Of a stretch of 32,000 nucleotides of DNA, positions 1 to 8,591 are shown one piece after another. The notes under the pieces were generated by a model. That model made no database searches. It saw only the letters and a list, made by a program, of their open reading frames with translations, and was not told where the DNA came from. Both the position numbers and the translations under genes were made by a program. Origin of the DNA: an uncultured bacterium (lineage in GTDB: Bacteria > Margulisbacteria > WOR-1 > CAVSGV01). The first letter of the stretch is position 1. Every line of letters begins with the position of its first letter. The stretch spans positions 870,001 to 902,000 of the forward strand of contig OY969425.1 of assembly GCA_963699255.1 (NCBI GenBank). Reading direction: 5' to 3'.

Positions 1-1
1 A

Positions 2-1108
2 AAGAAACGGGTTAATCCGCAGATACTTCGCAATACATTTGCGGTCCGGTTATTCTCAGAAGAACCCTCCGTGGAAAAAGCTTCTGCCATTCTGGGTATA
101 TCCGATCCGGAATCGGTAAATCGCTATATACAGGCCTCCAAGCGACCGCCGGCCAAGGTCGAGATAACTGAAAAGCTTGAGCATATCGATACCCGCCATC
201 CTCTTGTTAAAGCCGTTTCCAAGATGTTCCCTACTAAGCCGAAAATCGTTAAGCCAACGACCGCAATAAAAGGCGCTATTACCCCAAGCCCCGAAGAAGT
301 GATTTTCGGCAGAGAGAATATAATCAGCGATATAAAAGCTGATATCGGCAAAAGCCAGTCTGTTCTATTGACAGGTCCTTTGGGGATAGGCAAAACACAT
401 CTATTGAAGCACATGTCCAAAGCGTTGGGGCCTAATACATTATATATCTCTTCTCCCACTCCGCTAAAGATTGTCCTTACGCAAATTCTCAACAAGCTTG
501 ATCCTGCATGGCAGGAGCAATTAAATACAAGAGCTTCAACGAAAGAGATAGCCGATTACATCGTGAAAATAAAGGGCGCAAAGCCCCCTATCCTGATAAT
601 CGACAATTTGAACAACATAAAAATATCGGATATCGACCCTATCTTGACCTTACTGGATAACTTCCCCATACTTGCCGCGGCTGACGAGACAAAACCGAAG
701 CTCAAACAGGTCTGGTGGAAGTTCAAGGAGATCGAGCTTCCGCCGTTAAAAGAGGATTCCTCGAAGGAGCTTATCAAATACCTGACGCAGAACCTAACTA
801 TCAGCGATTATGAAATGCTTGAAACAAGGATATTGACCCTGTCAAACGGCCTTCCCCTTGCAATCGTTGACATGATCCATCAGATAAGCCATATCCCGAT
901 GGTTTCAAAAGATGTTATTCGTGATGTTTACCACGAAGCCGGAATACATTATCGCGACTGGACAACCGTTATAATTTTCATTTACTGGATAGCTGTCATT
1001 TTCAGGTTCGTCGCGCTTGGCACAAAAAGTTATGAGGCCTATTTTCTCGCCGGTTTCGGCGTGACTCTTTTGATGATCTTAAGAAATGTTATGTCGATGT
1101 TGAAATAA
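2..1108 (+). CDS. Left-truncated protein: degenerate tyrosine recombinase-like C-terminal segment fused to an AAA/ORC1-Cdc6-like P-loop ATPase with C-terminal transmembrane helices
   Basis: The frame stays open upstream of the listed start at 71 to the window edge, giving KKRVNPQILRNTFAVRLFSEEPSVEKASAILGISDPESVNRYI, which resembles XerD-type C-termini (PHKLRHSFATHLL...LLGHSDLSTTQIY). Walker A-like GPLGIGKTHLL, Walker B-like PPILIIDNL, and two hydrophobic segments near the C-terminus (TTVIIFIYWIAVIFRF; YFLAGFGVTLLMIL). Confidence 0.6.
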   Translation, partial: KKRVNPQILRNTFAVRLFSEEPSVEKASAILGISDPESVNRYIQASKRPPAKVEITEKLEHIDTRHPLVKAVSKMFPTKPKIVKPTTAIKGAITPSPEEVIFGRENIISDIKADIGKSQSVLLTGPLGIGKTHLLKHMSKALGPNTLYISSPTPLKIVLTQILNKLDPAWQEQLNTRASTKEIADYIVKIKGAKPPILIIDNLNNIKISDIDPILTLLDNFPILAAADETKPKLKQVWWKFKEIELPPLKEDSSKELIKYLTQNLTISDYEMLETRILTLSNGLPLAIVDMIHQISHIPMVSKDVIRDVYHEAGIHYRDWTTVIIFIYWIAVIFRFVALGTKSYEAYFLAGFGVTLLMILRNVMSMLK

Positions 1109-1112
1109 GAAT

Positions 1113-1397
1113 ATGCCTATCAGCACAAACCTAAATAAGATTGATAAATATTATAAAACTTGGGCTAAATGCTCTACCGTTCTCTCGGAGCATTGGTGTG
1201 ATGAAAACAGATTTTATGCTTTTATAAAATCAATAATCAGATATACCAGGAGTAAATCAAAATATAGTAGCAATTGGCTTGCTGACAAGCTTAGAAAAGA
1301 CAATTTTAAAGAGGATTTCATCGAAAAACATGTCCGTAAATATGAGGTTATTAGACATTATTTAGATGCTCCTTTTTATCGGGAGGAATACAAATAA
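1113..1397 (+). CDS. Small hypothetical protein, operon partner
   Basis: 4-nt gap from the upstream gene and directly abutting the downstream gene; no recognised motif. Confidence 0.55.
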   Translation: MPISTNLNKIDKYYKTWAKCSTVLSEHWCDENRFYAFIKSIIRYTRSKSKYSSNWLADKLRKDNFKEDFIEKHVRKYEVIRHYLDAPFYREEYK

Positions 1398-2753
1398 ATG
1401 CTCGCCCCAACTCATAGCGTATTTGGTATCTTTTTAACGCTGATATTCCTGGCAGTGTTCGGGATTCAGTGGGGTCTTCATTGGACGATAATTCTTGTCG
1501 CTATTTTTGGCGCGATCGTTCCCGACATCGACCACCCCCGCTCCGTCATAGGAAAGCTATTCCCTTTTATCTCCATTCCCCTTGAGCGCAAATACGGCCA
1601 TCGAACGATAACCCATTCATTCATCGGCTGGGCTATCTTCACCGCCATTTTCGCTTTAATTGTTCTATTTGCAGCTTTGATCTTTGGATTCATTTTTAAG
1701 TTTGATGCTTGGATTTGGGAATTAGCGCCAAGATGGACAGCTGCATTCTCGATCAGCTACATGTCTCATTTAATATTGGATATGTTCAACCGGCGCGGCA
1801 GCCAGATGTTCTGGCCGGACACCAGCAGAGACGTTATCCCGAAAAATCCGAAGTTCAGGCCTGAATCGGGATCAAGCGGTGAATTACTGATCTTCTTTAT
1901 TCTCTTCGTACTGATGCTCTTTGCTTTTCCGATCTCCAAATACGGGATAGCAAGTTCGCTTCGCTGGCTTATGGCTACCCCCGGATCAGCCATCAAGGAG
2001 TTTCAGTCCCTCAAGACCCATTCCTATGTTGATTTTAAGGGTTACTTCACAGAAACTAACGAGCCGGTCGAAGGTCTAGGCGAAATTCTCGATGTCCAAA
2101 GCTCTCGACTGGTAATATTATATAAACCTGGCCTGAGCGAAGCCATAATGGCAAGAGGAATCGAAGGAGGTAAAATTTACACTTTAAGCGATGAACTGGC
2201 CGCCGATATATCCGCTTCACATGTCCGGCTGAAAAGAACAAATACCCCTATAAAAGTCACAAAGAAGGAATTTGAAAATGAGAGCCGTGATGCCCTGCTT
2301 GCTCAAATACCCGCCGGCGCGCTTGTTTCGGGAACAGTTAAGCTCCCGGAAAGCATGGATATTCAATTCCCCGCCTTCCCCGGCTCATTTAAACCTTTGA
2401 CACAGAAAAGCGGTAATCTTATTCTCGCTTATGCTTCAAAAGACCAGATCGCGAAGCTTGCCCTGACAGAAAGCTTCAACCTGCAAAAAAGGAAGGACCA
2501 AGCCGCCCTCGCTCAGCTATATGCTCAAGCGGATAAACTCAAAAACCAGATTACGGAAACAGAATCCGGCGGCGGACTAACTCCTTTAGGCAAAGAGCTT
2601 ATGATGAACAAGGAAGAGATCAAAAAGCAAAAAGCCCAGCTCGCCGAATTGAACGGCCAGCTTGATGAAACAAATGTCAAAATCGATGAACTTCAACTCA
2701 AGATAAAGGCTCGGAAGTTTGTTTTTTCTGGAGAAGTATATCTTAGGCAATAG
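1398..2753 (+). CDS. YdjM-type (DUF457-like) membrane-bound metal-dependent hydrolase with a long coiled-coil C-terminal extension
   Basis: MLAPTHSVFG, VPDIDHPRS, HRTITHSFIGW and SHLILDMFNRRGSQMFWP motifs, several TM segments, and a K/E/Q-rich coiled-coil near the C-terminus. Confidence 0.75.
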   Translation: MLAPTHSVFGIFLTLIFLAVFGIQWGLHWTIILVAIFGAIVPDIDHPRSVIGKLFPFISIPLERKYGHRTITHSFIGWAIFTAIFALIVLFAALIFGFIFKFDAWIWELAPRWTAAFSISYMSHLILDMFNRRGSQMFWPDTSRDVIPKNPKFRPESGSSGELLIFFILFVLMLFAFPISKYGIASSLRWLMATPGSAIKEFQSLKTHSYVDFKGYFTETNEPVEGLGEILDVQSSRLVILYKPGLSEAIMARGIEGGKIYTLSDELAADISASHVRLKRTNTPIKVTKKEFENESRDALLAQIPAGALVSGTVKLPESMDIQFPAFPGSFKPLTQKSGNLILAYASKDQIAKLALTESFNLQKRKDQAALAQLYAQADKLKNQITETESGGGLTPLGKELMMNKEEIKKQKAQLAELNGQLDETNVKIDELQLKIKARKFVFSGEVYLRQ

Positions 2754-2765
2754 AAAGTTCGCCTG

Positions 2766-2797
2766 CCCGCCGAAGCTTTAGCGAAGGCGGGTTTTTT
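2766..2797 (+). terminator. Rho-independent terminator
   Basis: CCCGCC (2766-2771) / GGCGGG (2786-2791) stem followed by TTTTTT, 13 nt after the hydrolase stop codon. Confidence 0.65.
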
Positions 2798-2834
2798 CAG
2801 GTGAGGTATATTTAAGGCAATAAGGAGGCTTGAT

Positions 2835-3365
2835 ATGAAGAAATTTGTTGTCTATCTTATTATTGCGAGTTTATTGTCTCCGATGATCACTTCACTTGCT
2901 TGCGCCTTTGAGTACACTCTCGCCACAAACGACCTCCTCGAAGTCAAAATCCTTAATCAGAAGGATATGGATACAAAACAAACTATCACGCCGGATGGCA
3001 CTATTGCGCTCCCCTTTCTTGGAAGGGTCCAAGCTCAAGGGAAAACGCTTACTGAATTTCAGGCCTATTTAACGACTGAATTTGCCAAATATGTGGATAA
3101 ACCTCAGCTTGTTGTCTATCTCACGCCACGATCAATATATGTTGTTCAGCATGACATTAAAAAAAACACCTGGGATGTCAAGGAGGCTAAATCCATTCCG
3201 GAAGCTAAAGCATTCGCTGGCGAGGATTACACAAAAGAGATCAAATATGGTGATGTTATTACCGTTGATGTCGGTCTTCAACCTGACTGGTGGGAAAATA
3301 ACTGGTATAAAGTACTTACCGGAACAGCTGTTGCAGTCGGGATATACGAAACGCTGAAAAAGTAA
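2835..3365 (+). CDS. Secreted polysaccharide-export (Wza/Poly_export-like) protein, short form
   Basis: Signal peptide, then YTLATNDLLEVKILNQKDMDTKQTITPDGTIALPFLGRVQAQGKTLTEFQ, typical of the Poly_export domain. Confidence 0.75.
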   Translation: MKKFVVYLIIASLLSPMITSLACAFEYTLATNDLLEVKILNQKDMDTKQTITPDGTIALPFLGRVQAQGKTLTEFQAYLTTEFAKYVDKPQLVVYLTPRSIYVVQHDIKKNTWDVKEAKSIPEAKAFAGEDYTKEIKYGDVITVDVGLQPDWWENNWYKVLTGTAVAVGIYETLKK

Positions 3366-3371
3366 GAAGTA

Positions 3372-4052
3372 TTATGGTGCTATAGGTAGCATTAAAAAAG
3401 AAAAGATTTCTTTCTTACATCCTTTAAATAATATATCCAAATCACTATCAACCTCATGAATTTCCGCAGATAACTGCATCCTATCTTTTAACGGATCTCG
3501 CGGAACAAGATCTATTGGTTCATGATGACTTAAATAGATTTTTCTTAATAAATCTGCTTTTTCCTCCATCATTCCTCTAATGAGTATAATTTTTTTACTA
3601 ATACTAGCATTAAACAAGATAGTCCCCTCATCCTCTAAATTAACCAAATTATTATGTAATTTACCATACTTTGTATCTTTCGACTCAATCGATCTATTGG
3701 GGATCACATCTTCAGGAGATAAACCATACAAGATGATTGCGACAACTTCATTTTTTAGAAGAGAATAATAACCCCATCTAATCTGCCGAAATGCCAAATT
3801 CATTTCGTTTGCATGTTTTTGTTTTTCAAACTCTTGATCCTCTTTTTTATGCCACAAAGTTCCGATAGTAAATAAAATTGCAGCCAAAGGGAGCCCGACC
3901 GATTGTAGCGTTTTAATGCCCTTTATGTAGGCGATATAAATCAAAACCAGTGTAATCATAAAACAGCCCTGATAAAACTGTTTCATGTGATCTTCAACAA
4001 ACACAGCCAATGCTTTTAAGATATTCGCGCCTATTAACCAGATTTTAGACAC
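3372..4052 (-). CDS. Hypothetical membrane protein with two predicted TM helices, last gene of the RM-associated operon
   Basis: GTG start at 4052 preceded by AGGTGGTGGAGGG; hydrophobic FMITLVLIYIAYI and LPLAAILFTIGTLW near the N-terminus. Confidence 0.65.
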   Translation of the reverse strand: MSKIWLIGANILKALAVFVEDHMKQFYQGCFMITLVLIYIAYIKGIKTLQSVGLPLAAILFTIGTLWHKKEDQEFEKQKHANEMNLAFRQIRWGYYSLLKNEVVAIILYGLSPEDVIPNRSIESKDTKYGKLHNNLVNLEDEGTILFNASISKKIILIRGMMEEKADLLRKIYLSHHEPIDLVPRDPLKDRMQLSAEIHEVDSDLDILFKGCKKEIFSFLMLPIAP

Positions 4053-4072
4053 CTTTGCTTCCCTCCACCACC

Positions 4073-4840
4073 TTAATCTCCTCCTGTTTGCTGGCAGATG
4101 GGCCCATCAGCACTACAAGCTATTCTCATAAGGTCATGCAACTCCTTAGATAATTGTTCCAGCTTATTGTCGTAATGCATTTCTTGAAATTTGACTGGCG
4201 AAATCAATTGCATTATCTTTAAACATAATATGCCACCCTGAGCTACACTTCCTAGATTCAAGACAATACTTTCGGGATCCCCTTTTAATAGTACTAAGCT
4301 ATTAATAGTTACTTTTGAAGCCATTGCCCTAACATTAGGATGTGCTCCATGATCAATATAAAATTCATATACTCTATTTGTCTCGTCCCCAACCACTTGA
4401 TTTGTTTGGGTTAAAAGACCAATAATTTCTTTTATTCTAATATTATTTCTTAGCTCCCTCTTGTTATCCTCGCTACTATGGCGTTCCAACCAGACGCTTA
4501 TTAATTCAGGTTTTTTATATAGATAAAAACCATATAGAGCCGCTTCAATCATCCCACGCAATATCATATATGTTTCAGACACTAGGCCAGAAGATGCTAA
4601 TTGTACGGCAATTAAATATGAAGGATGGGCGATATCAAAAAAGAAAATGGGCGCATCATTTTCGGCTTTTGGCAGTTGATGTATGCTATTGAAAATATTA
4701 TCTATTTCGATAATTAAGTCAAAAAATTTTCTATTATATTTAAATGTCGCGAAACAATTTAACCTCATCGTTTCAAAGTATTTTGTAACGGAGTCTTCGC
4801 CCCAGCCAGGCGGGATTGTATTTGGATTTTGTTCTATCAC
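4073..4840 (-). CDS. DUF5677-like hypothetical protein
   Basis: Likely GTG start at 4840 overlapping the upstream TGA (GTGA); LMLRGMIEAALYGFYLYKKPELISVWLERH resembles DUF5677. The listed ORF start at 4882 lies inside the upstream gene. Confidence 0.6.
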   Translation of the reverse strand: MIEQNPNTIPPGWGEDSVTKYFETMRLNCFATFKYNRKFFDLIIEIDNIFNSIHQLPKAENDAPIFFFDIAHPSYLIAVQLASSGLVSETYMILRGMIEAALYGFYLYKKPELISVWLERHSSEDNKRELRNNIRIKEIIGLLTQTNQVVGDETNRVYEFYIDHGAHPNVRAMASKVTINSLVLLKGDPESIVLNLGSVAQGGILCLKIMQLISPVKFQEMHYDNKLEQLSKELHDLMRIACSADGPICQQTGGD

Positions 4841-5601
4841 CCCTCCACCACCTTGACCTCCTCTTCTGTCAATCTGCAACAAATTTCCTTGGAAGATTTA
4901 TCATACAGTAAGAAATATTTATTTATATCTAGCTTTAGAAATATTTTGTCTGGAACCATGTCAGTCGTCTTATTATGATTAACTATTTCATTTTTTAGAT
5001 ATTCGGGCAGATCCCCATTGGAAATGCTACTAACAAATAGTAATATCTTGCAATATTGAGAATACTTTCCTAGTTGATTCCCTGCCTTTTCAATTGACCG
5101 GAAAACGCCGAGTGAGGGATTTTCGCAAGCAGTAGAAGAATCGCCAAAGATGATTGACTGTCCCGTATCTTGATGTTTGTCAATATAAACCTTCCCAACA
5201 TTGGGAAGGTTGAAGGATTTTTCATTTTTATTAATGGCATTCAAGACTTGTTCAATAAATATAGTGGCATCATTTTCAGAGTTTATTCTGAGGTTATTGG
5301 GAAGAGGTATGGTATAAATCCCCCTAGAAAACGACATTTCATTGGATGCAAGTGCTTTGCGCAATCGCACTTTAATCCTTTCATTGCGGATAATATCTGC
5401 TGTAATTTGCTGATGAATAAAAGTCTTTATCTCAACAACACTATTTATTTCCCTCAAGAGATAATCCGGCTCCCTAGATATACTCGCTGTGTCTAAAGGG
5501 ATAGCTTGAATGATCATGTTACTTTGTTTAAAGCAAGAATCATAAAACGCCTTTAATTCATCATCTTCTTTTTTATGCTCTTGGCTAAAAATCAAAGTCA
5601 C
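4837..5601 (-). CDS. Hypothetical protein, RM-associated
   Basis: GTG start overlapping the RM gene stop (GTGA); C-terminus RLTEEEVKVVEG copies the RM C-terminus. Confidence 0.6.
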   Translation of the reverse strand: MTLIFSQEHKKEDDELKAFYDSCFKQSNMIIQAIPLDTASISREPDYLLREINSVVEIKTFIHQQITADIIRNERIKVRLRKALASNEMSFSRGIYTIPLPNNLRINSENDATIFIEQVLNAINKNEKSFNLPNVGKVYIDKHQDTGQSIIFGDSSTACENPSLGVFRSIEKAGNQLGKYSQYCKILLFVSSISNGDLPEYLKNEIVNHNKTTDMVPDKIFLKLDINKYFLLYDKSSKEICCRLTEEEVKVVEG

Positions 5602-8483
5602 TTCTCCCCCTCCACCACCGCGATCTCCTCTTTCGTCAGGTCATAAAGCTCATAAACAAGGTCATCTATCTGCTTATCGAGTATTTCTATCTTCTGCTGA
5701 TAGTGCTTCTTATCGCTTTCAGTCTTGGCAGAATGTGCCTTTTTCTTTGTTTCGAGCATTTGGTCGACAAGAGAAGTAATAGATTTCATGGCATTTGTAT
5801 CGGCAATATTTATTGGGAGTTGAGCAATATGCCCTCTTTTGACCTGTGCAAGCGCCTCTCCCTTTTCAGGATTCAATATGTTTTGATAATACCAGTTCAT
5901 CAATTTAGAATTAATTAACCCTAAAACATATTTCAAATCAATATTTGATCTTTTTGGCACTACCGTATACAAATTATCGCGAACGATAAATTGTGATTCG
6001 TCTAATGTCGCCACTAAAGAATCTCCGGTTTGTCGAATCACTATTTTAGCTTTTGCGTCATAATCTGCGGAATAACGCGGTTCAGCAAGCCAATCTCCAA
6101 ACTTTATATAATAATTATTATTCCAAATTATTAAATATCTGTTCATTAAACTTCCTCGAAGAAGTGGACGGAAACTTGAATTCTTGTGTTCATCTGAAAC
6201 AAACGGCTTATCTTCGAGGATTTGCTTTGTTTGGGGAGGAACTCCTTTGCCAACCTGAAAAGGTTTGCTCCCCTGCGTAATTTTACATATTTCGTCAAGA
6301 ACCGGGAACCTATTTATTTTCTTTAAAAGCCCGTTATCTTCTTTTCTTTGCATAATATTAATTGGTTTGCCATTCAATTTAATCCAGTCTAGCTGTAAAG
6401 CATTGTTCTTTGTGATTTGCCCATTTTTATTATTAATTTCAATACCAATGTTATGTGTTTTACTTGGAAATAAATTACTTATTATCAAAATTTGAGTGTC
6501 CACAACCGCATCTTTGAAAACCGGTATACGATAATCAACAATTCTCTCTATCTGGGTTTTATTTATTAAATATTGGCGAATGTTTGAATATTGTAAGCTT
6601 ATTAACCAGGTATTTGGGATAATAAAACTAAGTAGCCCATTTTTACTTAATAATTTATGCCCTTTCTCAAGGAAAAGCAAATAGCTGTCCATTTGATAAT
6701 TTTGCATTTCATAAGTCTTTGTTATGTAACTTACCTCATCTTTTCCGAATAATGCCCCATAAGGTGGATTCCCAATCACCACATCAAAACCACCGTTTGC
6801 CATGATCTCGCCAAATCCTTTATCCTTGTCATGCCAATCATAATCATTGATCTTATTTTTTAACTCTCTATCATCAAATAATTGCAAATTTTCTTTATAG
6901 AAATCTGGCCCTATCAGCGAATTGCCGCATTTGATATTATTTTTTAGTTCGGGCAAATATTTAAAGTTGCTTTCTTTAAATAATTTTGCCTGTCCTTCCT
7001 GCTCAATTTCCATATTTTCTTCCTTCATGAGCGTAAGCAATAATGATAGCCTTGTTACCTCGACAGCTTGTTTGTCAATGTCCACCCCATAAATATTATT
7101 CTTAAGTATTCTTTGTTTTTCAGGGATTGACAGATAGTAGTCATTATTGATGGTGTGATATATTTTGCCTTGTTTTAAGGACTTCTCTCGTCTACTTTCG
7201 TCCCAATAATAATCAAAATGATAATCTAACAGATGCTGATAGGCCCCGATCAAAAAACTTCCACTACCACAAGCCGGATCAAGTATTTTAATATTTGAGA
7301 TTTCATCCGGTGTTTTTTTGTTGATTTTTTTGTTAACCGTATTACTTACAATGTATTCAACAATATATTGTGGAGTGTAATACACCCCGCCTGCTTTTCT
7401 CACTTCTGGCTTCGGTTCAATTTTTACATGATTATTTTCAGTTAATTTGATTACTTTCCCGAGAAATTGTTCATAAATACTTCCGAGAATTTCGATTGGC
7501 ATCACGGAAAATGCATATGATTCATAAAGCTCATTGATGATGTGGAATAGTATATCGTCATCCACTTTAATTGAACTCAGCCATTCCTCAGATTCAAACA
7601 ACTCACTATTATATTTTTCTTTTGCTTTTTCAAACAGATCATTTAAAAGCTTATAAATATTTGCATGGGTCGTGATTTTTAAAAGTGTTTCATAGTCCTC
7701 AATGTCTTTATCTTCAGCTATTCTTAAAAAGATTAGCCTATCAATAAGTTTCTGAACCGCATAATTAAGCTTATCTGCTTCATCCATTTTTGGGTTGTTA
7801 TTAGCAATGCTTTTTGCAAACATTAATCGCCACTCATCAATTATTTCAAGAAATTCCTTGTCTAGGGGCTGATTCCCTTTTTGTGTCTTTATATTGTCCA
7901 GGCTTTTATTAACAACGGCATCTTTCGAGAATGTCTGATATATGTATTCGAAATTGGTTATATTTATATCATGCTCATAAGGGTCCAAGAGTTGTTCGTA
8001 GGTACAATAAAACACCCTTGCGGTCCGAACGCTATCGGATTTGGCGCGTACTTTTACTGTAGTGTCATATATAGCAAATTCAGCTGCGTTCGTTAATATA
8101 CAAAGTGGAAGATCGTGTGATCTCCCATACCTTCTAAGCTGGATAGCGGGGCCAACTTCTTCTTTAATTTTAACGGAAATTCTTTTTGCTTCAACATAAA
8201 ACTTATCGTGTTTGTTAATAATAAAGATATAGTCTGGATATTTCTGTCTCCCCTGAACCTTTCTTTTATTTTCTCTTCTTACTTCTCTCATTGACGGCGG
8301 GAGATGTTCGTCACTTTTCATGTCCCAACCTAATATCTCCATACCAAAAAACTTATCGATCAAATCGCTTCTAACATCTTCCTCTTGTTCTTTCTTATAC
8401 TCTTTATAGTAGCTAGATAAAGGGGTTATTATATCTTCCCTTAGCTTTTTAATTACTTTGTTATTACCGTTTTTTTGTTCCAC
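5598..8483 (-). CDS. Type IIG (Eco57I-like) restriction-modification protein: PD-(D/E)XK nuclease, N6-adenine methyltransferase and specificity domain
   Basis: PDYIFIINKHDKFYVEAKR (nuclease-like), ILDPACGSGSFLIGAY (SAM motif I), VVIGNPPYG (motif IV), C-terminal target-recognition-like region and LYDLTKEEIAVVEG tail. Confidence 0.92.
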   Translation of the reverse strand: MEQKNGNNKVIKKLREDIITPLSSYYKEYKKEQEEDVRSDLIDKFFGMEILGWDMKSDEHLPPSMREVRRENKRKVQGRQKYPDYIFIINKHDKFYVEAKRISVKIKEEVGPAIQLRRYGRSHDLPLCILTNAAEFAIYDTTVKVRAKSDSVRTARVFYCTYEQLLDPYEHDINITNFEYIYQTFSKDAVVNKSLDNIKTQKGNQPLDKEFLEIIDEWRLMFAKSIANNNPKMDEADKLNYAVQKLIDRLIFLRIAEDKDIEDYETLLKITTHANIYKLLNDLFEKAKEKYNSELFESEEWLSSIKVDDDILFHIINELYESYAFSVMPIEILGSIYEQFLGKVIKLTENNHVKIEPKPEVRKAGGVYYTPQYIVEYIVSNTVNKKINKKTPDEISNIKILDPACGSGSFLIGAYQHLLDYHFDYYWDESRREKSLKQGKIYHTINNDYYLSIPEKQRILKNNIYGVDIDKQAVEVTRLSLLLTLMKEENMEIEQEGQAKLFKESNFKYLPELKNNIKCGNSLIGPDFYKENLQLFDDRELKNKINDYDWHDKDKGFGEIMANGGFDVVIGNPPYGALFGKDEVSYITKTYEMQNYQMDSYLLFLEKGHKLLSKNGLLSFIIPNTWLISLQYSNIRQYLINKTQIERIVDYRIPVFKDAVVDTQILIISNLFPSKTHNIGIEINNKNGQITKNNALQLDWIKLNGKPINIMQRKEDNGLLKKINRFPVLDEICKITQGSKPFQVGKGVPPQTKQILEDKPFVSDEHKNSSFRPLLRGSLMNRYLIIWNNNYYIKFGDWLAEPRYSADYDAKAKIVIRQTGDSLVATLDESQFIVRDNLYTVVPKRSNIDLKYVLGLINSKLMNWYYQNILNPEKGEALAQVKRGHIAQLPINIADTNAMKSITSLVDQMLETKKKAHSAKTESDKKHYQQKIEILDKQIDDLVYELYDLTKEEIAVVEGEK

Positions 8484-8591
8484 GATTAACCTCTAGCCTT
8501 TAACATCTCTCGCCAGCACTCATAAATCATGACCTTTGCCAGCATATCCAGCTCGCAATATTCTAAAAATATACGCCCAGAGAAGAACACT

